NCBI GenBank assembly: GCA_050950825.1
Contig: JBMNIH010000002.1
Span: 160,001 to 224,000, forward strand
Origin: Clostridia bacterium
Lineage (GTDB): Bacteria; Bacillota; Clostridia; JAAYHZ01
Length of the DNA stretch: 64,000 nt
Direction of reading: 5' to 3'
The position numbers and the translations under genes are program-made. Of this stretch, positions 1-9,823 are shown piece after piece (the stretch's first letter is position 1; every line of letters starts with the position of its first letter). The notes below the pieces were generated by a model. That model was not told the DNA's origin and did not search any database. It was given only the letters and a program-made list of their open reading frames with translations.

Positions 1-562
1 CGGATACCACCATCATCAAGGTCATTCCCTGCTGTCCGACGGTGCCTGCCAAGTCTTCGTAGGGGACTCCGGTCATCGCACAGATATCTCCGTCTCCGGT
101 TCCGTCGATAAAGACCTTACCTTCAATCTCCAAATCCCCTTCTTTGGTAAGAACAATAACTTTTGATATGCGATCATTGCCGTCTTTTATGACGTCTCTT
201 ATCCATCCGTAATACAGAATATGGACATCGTTTTCAAAGCACAAGCGCTCCAATTCGATCTTCAGATATTCCGTATCGCAGGTAGGACCGTAGGTTGTTA
301 CGGGGGTCGAAGCATAAGGTGATATTTCCGCTAACCGTGTTAAGAACCTTCTGCCGGTTCCTCCGATAACATATTCTCCTTTCAACCCCCAAGTGGTAAT
401 CGGCTGTACAAGACCTAACGTACTCATACCTCCTAGAGCACCGAATCGTTCAATTATTAAGGTTTTCGCTCCTTCTCTTGCTGCGGCCACGGCAGCCATG
501 CATCCGGATATACCGCCGCCCGCAACGACCACATCGTAGGATGACGAATTGATAACGTTCAT
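1..562 (-). CDS. FAD-dependent oxidoreductase, N-terminal part (runs off window start)
   Basis: Manual translation from ATG at 562: MNVINSSSYDVVVAGGGISGCMAAVAAAREGAKTLIIERFGALGGMST...GKVFIDGTGDGD. Rossmann GxGxxG and DxTGDG motifs. Not in the ORF track. Confidence 0.85.
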   Translation of the reverse strand, partial: MNVINSSSYDVVVAGGGISGCMAAVAAAREGAKTLIIERFGALGGMSTLGLVQPITTWGLKGEYVIGGTGRRFLTRLAEISPYASTPVTTYGPTCDTEYLKIELERLCFENDVHILYYGWIRDVIKDGNDRISKVIVLTKEGDLEIEGKVFIDGTGDGDICAMTGVPYEDLAGTVGQQGMTLMMVVS

Positions 563-639
563 AGTGGACACCTGCTTTTGACAATGATTATCAAGAGCTA
601 TTATATCACGTTCTTACCCGGTTGCCACATAAAAATTGA

Positions 640-1314
640 TTACGGATTTACAACCGTCGGGGTTTGACCGACACCTCGCGCACTGCAGGCCAGCTCCGTC
701 CAAGTGAGGCAGCCTACGATACCGTCCGGGGTAAGCCCGCGGTCTCTCTGAAAACGGATGACGGCATTTTGCGTACCGCTTCCGAATACTCCGTCCAATC
801 CTCCTCCGGTATATCCTAAAGCATTGAGGGCGTCTTGCAGCACCAATACATATACTCCCCTGTTCCCCAAACGCAGCAAGGGATATCCTGCCGCACATGC
901 CGGAGGTCCGATTCTTCGGTCAAAATGCACCCATGTGGGTGTCAAGTATTCCGGCTCCACGTAACCCCATACGCCTAACTGCTCCGCTAAAGTGCGAAGC
1001 TGCGCCCTTTCCGCAAAGGTCAAATTCTGGGCCGTGTCAAAAGAAACCCCGGCGTAATGCTGGGATTGGCAGCCGTGGCCTCCCTCCCAAATTCTCTTGA
1101 ATGCAAAGCCTACATAGATGGGTCTTCCCCAATTGAGCCTTGTCACGTTGAAGGCGTCAATGGCTCTTCGATCGCTCCATAGAATCGTGCTGTTACTGCT
1201 GCCACGAAATTCGTTTACCGTAAGATAGGTACTGTAGGGCATGTATTGGTTTTCTTCCCTTTCATACCGCTCCATGGTATTGTTATCCGGATTGTATATT
1301 AAAATGGTGGTCAT
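640..1314 (-). CDS. M15-like zinc peptidase domain plus C-terminal peptidoglycan-binding domain
   Basis: SQHYAGVSFD (SxHxxGxAxD-like) and WVHFD motifs; C-terminal LQDALNALGY..LDGVFGSGT...FQ...GLTPDGIVG PG-binding pattern; RBS GGAGG. Confidence 0.8.
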   Translation of the reverse strand: MTTILIYNPDNNTMERYEREENQYMPYSTYLTVNEFRGSSNSTILWSDRRAIDAFNVTRLNWGRPIYVGFAFKRIWEGGHGCQSQHYAGVSFDTAQNLTFAERAQLRTLAEQLGVWGYVEPEYLTPTWVHFDRRIGPPACAAGYPLLRLGNRGVYVLVLQDALNALGYTGGGLDGVFGSGTQNAVIRFQRDRGLTPDGIVGCLTWTELACSARGVGQTPTVVNP

Positions 1315-1453
1315 TTTCCATCCTCCCGTTATGACATAAAGATATTTTTTCTCTTAAACCCATTATATTCACAGGTTTACATAGTGTTCCTTTCTCGCAG
1401 ATTACCCTGAATATATATAATTTTTCAAGAATTTGAAATGGACGAGAATATAA

Positions 1454-1489
1454 TTGAATATGAATTAGTTTTCATGTATAATTATTTAT
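1454..1489 (+). promoter_or_regulatory. sigma-A promoter of argJ overlapped by two ARG-box-like (ArgR) sites
   Basis: TTGAAT (1454-1459), 17 bp, TATAAT (1477-1482); AT-rich ARG-box-like words TTGAATATGAATTAGT (1454) and ATGTATAATTATTTAT (1474), 20 bp apart, upstream of an arginine gene. Confidence 0.5.
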
Positions 1490-1512
1490 ATGAAATTGAG
1501 GTGGTGTATAAG

Positions 1513-2715
1513 ATGAAATTAGTTCAGGGCGGTGTAACTGCTCCTATAGGCTATTTTGCGACAGGAGTCGCAAGCGGAATCAAAAAAGACAATCAACCGG
1601 ATTTGTCAATTGTATGTTCCGAAGATACGGCCGTTGCAGCAGGAGTATTCACTCAAAATAAGGTTAAAGGCCATTCATTGCAATTGACAATGAATCATAT
1701 AAAAAACGGATATGCCAGTGCGGTGGTGATAAACAGCGGAAATGCCAATGCATGTGTAGGGCCGAAGGGGTACGAAGACGCTTTGGAAATTGCGTCTACC
1801 GTAGCGGAAATGATGGATTTGGAGCCGGAGGATATTTTAGTGGGCTCCACCGGTGTTATCGGCAAGCCTTTGGATATGGAAAAAATAAAACCGGCTTTGG
1901 AGGAATTGATTAACAACATGCATCCGGAAGGCGGTCCGGAAGCTGCCCGTGCTATTATGACTACCGACACTTACCCGAAGGAAGTCTCGGTACAAACGGA
2001 AATCAACGGGAAAACCGTTACCATCGGCGGTATGGCGAAAGGCAGCGGTATGATTCATCCGAACATGGCTACCATGATCGGTGTCATAACCACGGACGCC
2101 AATGTATCAAAAAGCGTACTTCAAAAGATTTTAACGACTTGTACCGAAAAAACCTTTAACCGAATATCCGTAGACGGCGATACCAGCGTTTGCGACATGG
2201 TGATTGCGCTGGCCAACGGATTGGCGGAAAACGAAAAAATTGACGAAGGTTCAAAAGCTTACAATCTTTTTTATCAAGCTTTTCTATACGTATGCACCGA
2301 ATTATCTAAAATGATCGTCAAGGACGGTGAAGGTGCCACAAAGCTTGTGGAAATTAAGGTAAGCGGAGCGAAAACGGCCCAAGACGCCAAGGCGGCGGCT
2401 TTTGCCATTGCCAAATCGCCTTTGGTGAAAACGGCCATTTTCGGCCAAGATGCCAATTGGGGACGTATTATAACCGCTTTAGGTTACAGTGAAGCGGAAT
2501 TCGATCCGGAACGGGTGGATATATTTATCGGAGACCTGCCGGTCTGCAAAGCCGGGGCTGCCGTCCCCTTTGATGAAGACAAGGCTTTGGAAATATTAAA
2601 GCAGGACGAGGTTACTCTCTCGGTCAAATTAAACGCAGGCAAATTCGGCGACCGAGTTTGGACTTGCGATTTTTCCTACGACTATATCAAGATTAATGCC
2701 AGTTACAGGTCGTAA
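1513..2715 (+). CDS. argJ: Bifunctional ornithine acetyltransferase/N-acetylglutamate synthase ArgJ
   Basis: NSGNANA, IMTTDT, AKGSGMIHPNMAT, DGEGATK, DANWGR and YIKINASYRS motifs; start moved to ATG 1513 after GAGGTGG. Confidence 0.95.
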   Translation: MKLVQGGVTAPIGYFATGVASGIKKDNQPDLSIVCSEDTAVAAGVFTQNKVKGHSLQLTMNHIKNGYASAVVINSGNANACVGPKGYEDALEIASTVAEMMDLEPEDILVGSTGVIGKPLDMEKIKPALEELINNMHPEGGPEAARAIMTTDTYPKEVSVQTEINGKTVTIGGMAKGSGMIHPNMATMIGVITTDANVSKSVLQKILTTCTEKTFNRISVDGDTSVCDMVIALANGLAENEKIDEGSKAYNLFYQAFLYVCTELSKMIVKDGEGATKLVEIKVSGAKTAQDAKAAAFAIAKSPLVKTAIFGQDANWGRIITALGYSEAEFDPERVDIFIGDLPVCKAGAAVPFDEDKALEILKQDEVTLSVKLNAGKFGDRVWTCDFSYDYIKINASYRS

Positions 2716-2721
2716 GAATTC

Positions 2722-3219
2722 TTACCATTGCACGCCTGTAATTTTGATGAATCGAGCATTCGCATAAACATATTCGCTGAGCGGATAATGAAAACAATCC
2801 CTGTCGTGAGTGGTCACAAAAACGGACGACTCACGGACAGGTCTTTTTATGTCATTGATCATTAACGAATGGGAAAATCGATTCATACCCGGAAATTGAA
2901 GCTGTATGATGTCTCCGGGCTCCACATGGAACATGTCGGACAACTCCCCCAAAGGACCCGGGCCTTTGTTCGTCGTCAGGAATTGGTATAAAAATTCGAC
3001 GCCGGTCCAAGAGGGGCTTCGGTTGTTTAAATTGATGTAATACCAGCCGTAGACCGGGGTATAGTTCATGACCCCGGAGCCGGCATACAGACATTGGGAG
3101 ATAAAATTGGTACAATCGCCTCCTAAACGATCGAATGCATAATATTGCTTGTTTCTCCCGTAAGCCCATTTTCTTGCATATTCGATTGCTCGTTCTCGAT
3201 TATATTCCTTCTTCTTCAT
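2722..3219 (-). CDS. Putative amidase-domain protein (Amidase_6-like)
   Basis: YNRERAIEYARKWA...GGDCTNFISQCLYAG motif. Confidence 0.8.
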   Translation of the reverse strand: MKKKEYNRERAIEYARKWAYGRNKQYYAFDRLGGDCTNFISQCLYAGSGVMNYTPVYGWYYINLNNRSPSWTGVEFLYQFLTTNKGPGPLGELSDMFHVEPGDIIQLQFPGMNRFSHSLMINDIKRPVRESSVFVTTHDRDCFHYPLSEYVYANARFIKITGVQW

Positions 3220-3256
3220 GCTAAAGCATATGAAGGCTTACGAGGGTTTATTCCGA

Positions 3257-4507
3257 TTAGATCTCAATAAAACGTTTTCTATACTGTTGTTCTCCTAAAC
3301 GAGGCATGTCCTCGAACAGAATGAATCCGATTCCGTTATACAAATGATAACCTTTTTCTTTGGATTCGAATATTTTCTTTTCCAATGTGGTTTTCGGAAC
3401 AAGCTGTCGGTAGTCGCTTCTCCCGAATACGAAAAAGATGGCGGAGCCTTCGTTCGATCTTTGAGGAGCCAAGTAAAATTCTCTTTGAAAACGAATGATA
3501 TTGGAGTTTTCGTCCAATAGCTTTTCCAAGCAATTTCCCAAAAGCCAGGAGCTGCAAAAGAAAGCTTTGATCGGAACCTCGGGGAAATGCTTGTTGTAAA
3601 AAGGAATGGCCGATTTTAAGGAATATTCGATTTCTTCAAAGGGCATACGGCCTCTTCGGGGTATATGGATGTTGAGCATTTGATCCCCTTCATCCAACGC
3701 AAGCTCCCATTCGCTTTTAGGTAAGGTAATAACCTTTTCGCTTACATATCCCGTGGGTATGATGGGATTTCCCTTTACAATCTTTTCGTCTTCTTCAAAA
3801 ATCGTTTCAAAAGCATTCTCGTCGGTAATGCCGTTGGTTCCGTCCATTAAACCGTCTGTTCGAATCTTTTGGGGGCTGGTGAAGAACGCCACGGTTTTGC
3901 CTAAGGTTTTGTGTCGATACACCTTCAGACCGTGATTGGTTCGGAATTCGTACTGAAGCCGGCCGATGTTAATAAAGACGCCCTTGAAAATCCGGCACAT
4001 CCAGCCTTGGCAATCCACATACCAGATGCCGTAGGCGTCGTGGTATCGGTAAAACTTTTCCATTAAATCAAACAGCGTATGCTCCAGTATTTCCCGGCCG
4101 ATACCTCTATCTTCGAACTTCTTCTTTATCAACCGAATACCGGATATGTACACGATGGCGTCAAAGCCGCCGCAAAGGTCCCCTAAATAATTTCTTAGAT
4201 TCGGCCAGGGTTCCAAGGTATAGACCGATTTTTTCTCGGTCTCAAAGATAATGTAGTTCATATGAAAAGCAAAACGGGCCAAATACTCGTCGCTTCTCAT
4301 CTTCTCTACCACCTGAAGAATCATATCCACGACTTCATCGATCAAATGCAGATAATTGTTCTGCTCTAAGATATATTCTTTTTGCAAAAAGTCCGCATCC
4401 GGCGAGAAACGGCTTTGGGATTCTTCCCATAACACGGACCAATCTTCCGGCTTGATGTTGTCGATCTTCAGTTTTTCCAAAACCTCTTCAAAAATCGGAG
4501 CTCCCAT
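3257..4507 (-). CDS. GNAT-like acyltransferase-domain protein
   Basis: IGRLQYE, LNIHIP, FFCSSWLL and SNIIRFQ motifs of the GNAT-like C-terminal domain family. Confidence 0.65.
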   Translation of the reverse strand: MGAPIFEEVLEKLKIDNIKPEDWSVLWEESQSRFSPDADFLQKEYILEQNNYLHLIDEVVDMILQVVEKMRSDEYLARFAFHMNYIIFETEKKSVYTLEPWPNLRNYLGDLCGGFDAIVYISGIRLIKKKFEDRGIGREILEHTLFDLMEKFYRYHDAYGIWYVDCQGWMCRIFKGVFINIGRLQYEFRTNHGLKVYRHKTLGKTVAFFTSPQKIRTDGLMDGTNGITDENAFETIFEEDEKIVKGNPIIPTGYVSEKVITLPKSEWELALDEGDQMLNIHIPRRGRMPFEEIEYSLKSAIPFYNKHFPEVPIKAFFCSSWLLGNCLEKLLDENSNIIRFQREFYLAPQRSNEGSAIFFVFGRSDYRQLVPKTTLEKKIFESKEKGYHLYNGIGFILFEDMPRLGEQQYRKRFIEI

Positions 4508-4547
4508 AATTACACCTCGTTCACAGCAGTCTATTCTTTGTCGTTAT

Positions 4548-6944
4548 TCACTCTTCCCGTCCTTGGGTAATGTGAATATCCAAATTCCCGTCGTTAACAA
4601 ATAATCGTGCCGTATCGTAAGCCTTCAGCTTTCCTCTTAAGTAAAGATCGCTTAAAAGATCTTCCACATAGGTTTGAACGGCTCTTCTCAAAGGTCGTGC
4701 ACCGTACTGCCTGTTGTAGCCCTTTTCCGCCAAAAATTCGATTACATCGTCCGCATATTCCAATCGAACATGTTTCTCGGCCAAATCCTTCGACAAATCA
4801 TTAAGCATAAGGACGGCAATCCTCTTGATATCGTCTTTACTCAATTCGGTAAAGATTACCACATCGTCCACACGGTTTAAAAATTCCGGACGGAATATTT
4901 CCTTCAACGCTTCTTTCACGCTGTTTTCCAAGGATTCGGTTTGGTCCGCCGTAAAGCCGATTCCCTTCGATTTTAACGTGGTACCGGCATTGGAGGTCAT
5001 AATCAAAACGGTGTTTTCAAAGGAAACGGTTCTGCCGTGGCTGTCGGTAAGCCGCCCGTCTTCCATGATTTGCAGTAAAATATTGAACACATCCGGGTGC
5101 GCTTTTTCGATTTCATCCATCAAGACCACCGAATAGGGTCTTCTTCGGATTCTTTCGGTCAATTGACCGCCGTCGTCATACCCTACGTATCCCGGAGGAG
5201 AACCGATCAGTTTCGACACGGTATGCTTCTCCATAAACTCGCTCATATCCAAGCGGATCATATTTTCTTCGCTTCCGAACAATTCTTGAGTCAAAGCCTT
5301 GACCAATTCGGTTTTTCCTACGCCGGTAGGACCAACGAAGATAAAGGAGGTCGGCCTTTTTTTGCGCTTCAAGCCGGAGCGGTTTCTTCGAATGGCCTTT
5401 GCCACGGTGCCGACCGCTTTTTCTTGGCTGATAATTCGCTTGTGCAGGTTTTCTTCCAGCTTTAACAATTTTGCCGCTTCCACTTCCGTAATTTTTTGAA
5501 CCGGAATATTCGTCCACGCTTCGATAACGGCGGCAATATCTTCTACCTGCAGTTTATAATTTACGATCTTCTTGCGATTTTCTTTCAGCTCTTCCTCCAA
5601 GCTGATCCGAAGGGCTCTTAATTTGGCCGCTTTTTCATAATCCTGTACGATACCGTCGATAATATTATTTTCGTTTTCCTCTTCGATTTCCTCGATTTTC
5701 TCCATCAGTTCGATTTCCCGTGCAATATACGGATTTTCCAAGTTGGCTTTCGAACCGGCTTCGTCGATCAGGTCGATGGCTTTATCGGGCAAAAAGCGGT
5801 CGGTAATATACCGATCGGATAATATCACGGCGGCTTCCACGATTTCACGGTCGATCTTAACTTTATGGTAATCCTCGTAGTAATCCTTGATACCCATGAC
5901 GATTTCGATGGCTTCATCGACACTCGGTTCTTCCACAAGGATGGGTTGGAATCTTCTTTCTAACGCAGAATCCTTTTCGATGTGCTTGCGGTATTCATCC
6001 AAAGTGGTGGCTCCGATTACCTGGATTTCCCCTTTGGCCAACGCGGGTTTTAAAATATTCGCGGCATTCATGGCGCCTTCCGCGTCTCCCGCTCCCATAA
6101 TGTTGTGGATTTCATCGATAACCAATATTACGTTACCTAGAGCCTTCGCTTCTTGAAGAATTCCTTTCATACGGGCTTCAAATTGACCGCGGAAATGGGT
6201 TCCCGCCACAATCCCTGTCATATCCAATTGGTATATGCGGGCGTTTCGCATTTTAGGCGGAACCTCGCCGTTTGCAATTTTCACAGCCAGCCCTTCCGCA
6301 ATGGCGGTTTTCCCCACGCCGGGCTCACCGATCAGACACAAATTATTCTTGTTACGTCGATTTAAAATCTGAATGGCACGGTTAATTTCGCGGGTACGAC
6401 CAATGACACGGTCCACTTGGTTTGCCCGCGCTTTTGCCGTTAAATCCGTAGCGAAGCTGTCTAAGTTCTTTGTTTTCACTTTTTGCTTTTCGTTCTTGCG
6501 CTGATTTTTCCGGTTCGGCCTTCCGTAATCCTTTTGGACACGGCTGTCCTCCTCTATACGGGTATCCGGGTCGTAATTATCCTTATCATCATCCTGATCC
6601 GATTTGGGATTCGGGAAAAAACGATTGAACAAGCTCATAATGGGATTGGGAGCTTCGTCGTTTTGTCGGGAAGATATATCGGCAAAATCGCCGATGGATT
6701 CTCCTAATTCGTCCATTTCCTCGATGTCCATACCTTCCATCATTTTATCCATAATATCCGAGTTCATCTTATCCAAATCTTCTTCCGACAACCCGGTTTG
6801 TTCCAATATATCATTGATAGGTTTGATACCTTGTTTTTTTGCACAGGAAATACACAGACCCTGTTGGATCTGTTTTCCGTTAATTATTTTTGTTATGAAT
6901 ACTACTGCAATGTTTTTCTTGCAAATAGAACACTTGATCATCAT
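4548..6944 (-). CDS. Clp protease ATP-binding subunit (ClpE/ClpC class) with N-terminal C4 zinc finger
   Basis: Two AAA modules (GEPGVGKT...VIDEIH; GPTGVGKT...LMDEIEKAH), GARPLRR; N-terminal CSIC...CISC. Confidence 0.9.
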   Translation of the reverse strand: MMIKCSICKKNIAVVFITKIINGKQIQQGLCISCAKKQGIKPINDILEQTGLSEEDLDKMNSDIMDKMMEGMDIEEMDELGESIGDFADISSRQNDEAPNPIMSLFNRFFPNPKSDQDDDKDNYDPDTRIEEDSRVQKDYGRPNRKNQRKNEKQKVKTKNLDSFATDLTAKARANQVDRVIGRTREINRAIQILNRRNKNNLCLIGEPGVGKTAIAEGLAVKIANGEVPPKMRNARIYQLDMTGIVAGTHFRGQFEARMKGILQEAKALGNVILVIDEIHNIMGAGDAEGAMNAANILKPALAKGEIQVIGATTLDEYRKHIEKDSALERRFQPILVEEPSVDEAIEIVMGIKDYYEDYHKVKIDREIVEAAVILSDRYITDRFLPDKAIDLIDEAGSKANLENPYIAREIELMEKIEEIEEENENNIIDGIVQDYEKAAKLRALRISLEEELKENRKKIVNYKLQVEDIAAVIEAWTNIPVQKITEVEAAKLLKLEENLHKRIISQEKAVGTVAKAIRRNRSGLKRKKRPTSFIFVGPTGVGKTELVKALTQELFGSEENMIRLDMSEFMEKHTVSKLIGSPPGYVGYDDGGQLTERIRRRPYSVVLMDEIEKAHPDVFNILLQIMEDGRLTDSHGRTVSFENTVLIMTSNAGTTLKSKGIGFTADQTESLENSVKEALKEIFRPEFLNRVDDVVIFTELSKDDIKRIAVLMLNDLSKDLAEKHVRLEYADDVIEFLAEKGYNRQYGARPLRRAVQTYVEDLLSDLYLRGKLKAYDTARLFVNDGNLDIHITQGREE

Positions 6945-7166
6945 TCTATATCCTTTCAAGGTATGAATTGGTTGATTACCTGCACTGTAAAATCAATTCA
7001 TTAATGTCATTAGGCATTAATGAATTATATCATATTCACGGGTACTGCCAACTATTTTTTATGTTACCGATTGTCCTTTATTCGAATCCATTGTTCTTTT
7101 AAAGTATATGCAGAAAATGGGTAAACTCTTACTAAACACCTCAATTATAGCGGCAGGAAAACGAAG

Positions 7167-8024
7167 CTATACATTTCCCAAATAAACATAACGCAAACGT
7201 CTTTCCGCTATTTTTTTCAGCCGATCCATCAATCGTATATCCGTCGGAGGCTTATCGTACATACGGGCCGGAAAGTATCGAGAAATATGCAACGGTATTT
7301 CGCAAGACAATTCGGCCAAAAATTCCGTCGCCTCCTCAAATTCCTCCGGTCGGTCGTTTACATCCGGCACGATAAGCATGGTTACCTCCACATGGACACC
7401 GGCTTGAAACATCTTTTTGACGGTGTTTTTAACGACCTTAAGCTCTCCTCCTATCGTATCCTTGTATGTCTTTTGGTCGTAACACTTAAGATCGATATTG
7501 GCGGCATCCACGTAAGGTATTAATTCCTCCAGAGGCTTTGAAGAAAGGAATCCGTTGGATACCAAGATGTTTTTCATTCCGGATTCTTTGACTTTTTTGC
7601 AGCAATCAAGAACAAATTCATATCCTATCAGCGGTTCGTTGTATGTATACGCTACACCGATATTGCCTCTTGATTTGGTATTTTCCGCAATTTGAACGAT
7701 GTCCTCAGCCGTCATGGTTTCTACCGGGGGTCTTGTCCTGGATATTCTGTAATTCTGGCAAAAAGGACAATTCATATTGCAGCCGAACATTCCAAAAGAC
7801 AAGACATAGGATCCGGGCATGAATCGATTGAAAGGCTTTTTCTCGATAGGATCCAATGCCAAGGAAGAGATTTTCCCGTAGTTTTCGGAATACAAAACTC
7901 CTCCTATGTTCTTTCGAGCCATGCAAAAACCGTATTCGCCCGGTTCAATTCTGCAGCCGTGAGGACATAAGGTGCACAAAACACGCTTGTCTTCTTTTTT
8001 TACATAGTACAAAGCTTCAATCAT
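7167..8024 (-). CDS. amrS: AmmeMemoRadiSam system radical SAM enzyme
   Basis: CTLCPHGC N-terminus, [17 protein letters not shown] (CxxxCxxC), YTYNEP, C-terminal YVYLGNV; operon context. Confidence 0.9.
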   Translation of the reverse strand: MIEALYYVKKEDKRVLCTLCPHGCRIEPGEYGFCMARKNIGGVLYSENYGKISSLALDPIEKKPFNRFMPGSYVLSFGMFGCNMNCPFCQNYRISRTRPPVETMTAEDIVQIAENTKSRGNIGVAYTYNEPLIGYEFVLDCCKKVKESGMKNILVSNGFLSSKPLEELIPYVDAANIDLKCYDQKTYKDTIGGELKVVKNTVKKMFQAGVHVEVTMLIVPDVNDRPEEFEEATEFLAELSCEIPLHISRYFPARMYDKPPTDIRLMDRLKKIAERRLRYVYLGNV

Positions 8025-8551
8025 GGTTCTCCGTGCCTTACAACCTCAAACCTTTCCATGGTATAGTTTTCATGAGGACCGATACCGGCTTTCATCAAAG
8101 CGATGCGAACTTGATCCTCCGGCGTGTCGACTCCCTCCAAATCGGGAAGAAGCAAACCGGATCGAAAACCTTTTCTTACGATTACGCCGTATTTTTTTAC
8201 ATCCAATTCGTTAAGGGATTCGATTTTTTCCGGCTCCATCAGCACATCCACGGAATAAACCAGATCGGACAATTCCTCTTCCCTAACGGGATAAAACCGA
8301 GGATCCCTTGTCCCTGCACTGATGGCATTGTTTACGATCTCCTCCGCAATATTCTTCGCATAAGGATAAATCGTTCCGATGCATCCCCTCAGCTGTCCGT
8401 TCTTCGTTTTTATGGAAACGAAGACACCGGCTTTCTTATCCGTCATTTCCTTTGGCAAGTCATAATCATGAATATCCGGTCTTTTTCCGGTCCTTACATA
8501 CAACTCCAGCGTTTCTTTCGCAAGCATAACATAAGGGTCTTGTTTCGTCAT
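8021..8551 (-). CDS. amrA: AmmeMemoRadiSam system protein A (AMMECR1 domain)
   Basis: [20 protein letters not shown] and GLLLP motifs. Confidence 0.9.
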   Translation of the reverse strand: MTKQDPYVMLAKETLELYVRTGKRPDIHDYDLPKEMTDKKAGVFVSIKTKNGQLRGCIGTIYPYAKNIAEEIVNNAISAGTRDPRFYPVREEELSDLVYSVDVLMEPEKIESLNELDVKKYGVIVRKGFRSGLLLPDLEGVDTPEDQVRIALMKAGIGPHENYTMERFEVVRHGEP

Positions 8552-9369
8552 GCTTTTCCTCCTTTTGGCATGATTCTTGCGACCATATAGCCGACCCCGT
8601 AGGGTCCCTCGTAAGAAAACACCTTTGATTCAAGCTCATAACCGTCCAAGCTTCCGTAGCCCATAACAATAGACGGAAGACCGCACATGGCGGCCTTATG
8701 AACGAAGCTTTCATCCATGGTCATAAGACCTCGAATATCGTTGCTTTCCACGCATTTTTTTACTTTCGCATCAAACAGGGGACCTTCCTTGGCAAAGCCG
8801 TAAGGTCCGTCGGCTGTCAATTTGTGCGACAGGTCGGCACTGGCGATTACCGTCACATTGAGGTTCAAATTTCGAGCCGCTCTTTGAAGCAGCGTTCCCG
8901 TGCGATAAAGGTCGGAGTAAGCAAAGCCTGCGATAGGGACTACCGTTAATTTAAAGCTCGTATACGCTTCTTTAATAAAATACAAAGGAACCAGGGTACC
9001 ATGGTCTAAGTCTTCATCGAAGAAAGAATGCTTCGGCATCGCTCCAATGGGCAAACCTTCTTTTTCTCCCTCACTTATGATTTCATCCGCCAAATCCGTG
9101 TCGCTTTCAAAAGTCATTCGGATGTCTCTTCTGCCGAAGTTCGAGAAAGATCCGCTCAGCTTCGGTTGTCGGTTGATGTAAATGAAATCTCGGTAGACGA
9201 TTGCATGGGGAGATATAACGATGACGGTGTCCGGTTTTAATTTTGCAATTTCATCCGCTGCTTCCCGGGCCGCTTTGATGGTGTCGGTTATAAGGGCGGC
9301 ATCTCCGATGCCGGGAACCATTAAAGGCGGATGAGGCATGATATAAACACCTTGGATCAATTCCAACAA
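8548..9369 (-). CDS. amrB: AmmeMemoRadiSam system protein B (MEMO/LigB fold); exact TTG start uncertain
   Basis: MPHPP, ISPH, LDHG, ASADLSH, MCG and YEGPYGVGY motifs; 4-bp overlaps through the operon. Confidence 0.85.
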   Translation of the reverse strand: MLELIQGVYIMPHPPLMVPGIGDAALITDTIKAAREAADEIAKLKPDTVIVISPHAIVYRDFIYINRQPKLSGSFSNFGRRDIRMTFESDTDLADEIISEGEKEGLPIGAMPKHSFFDEDLDHGTLVPLYFIKEAYTSFKLTVVPIAGFAYSDLYRTGTLLQRAARNLNLNVTVIASADLSHKLTADGPYGFAKEGPLFDAKVKKCVESNDIRGLMTMDESFVHKAAMCGLPSIVMGYGSLDGYELESKVFSYEGPYGVGYMVARIMPKGGKA

Positions 9370-9681
9370 CTCCTTTATCTTGTTTTAATATTCTTGCCTT
9401 ACCCGGTCGTTCTATAACCCAAAACCAAATATTTTCCAATTATTATTCCGATTATACGTGCTTTTGATTTATTCCGTTATTATCATTATAACATAAATAA
9501 AGGGATTTTTATCAATTCCCGTTCCCCGGAAGGGTTCGTTTTTCCTTAAAGCAGAACACTCTTTCCATTTTTAAAATGAGAAATTAACGTCTTTTCTTTT
9601 GCGCAGTGTTTCTTGTTTTTACTCGCAGCCCTTGAAAAAAGCCCGTTTTGCATCAATTATTGATTTCGGTGCCATAACACC

Positions 9682-9695
9682 CGAACTATCGTTCT
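9682..9695 (+). promoter_or_regulatory. Firmicutes LexA (SOS) box upstream of uvrA
   Basis: cGAAC-TATC-GTTCt matches GAAC-N4-GTTC. Confidence 0.75.
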
Positions 9696-9724
9696 GTTTT
9701 TTAGCGGATTTTTTCGAAACAATG

Positions 9725-9753
9725 TTTACTTGACAGAAGCTTTCTGCTATAAT
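9725..9753 (+). promoter_or_regulatory. uvrA sigma-A promoter with extended -10
   Basis: TTTACT (9725-9730), 17 bp, TATAAT (9748-9753) preceded by TGn. Confidence 0.55.
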
Positions 9754-9823
9754 ATGAAAGATTCAATGGAGATTTTTATCTCCGGCCGTTTCCTTAAAGC
9801 AAGGAAAAAAGATTGGAGTATAT

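Noticed and set aside
7856-8590. 244-aa + strand ORF and many other 60-190 aa opposite-strand ORFs
   Set aside because: Shadow frames of well-supported genes with no recognisable motifs
9730-9753. TTGACA...TATAAT as a perfect promoter
   Set aside because: The spacer is only 12 bp; the extended -10 with TTTACT at 17 bp fits better
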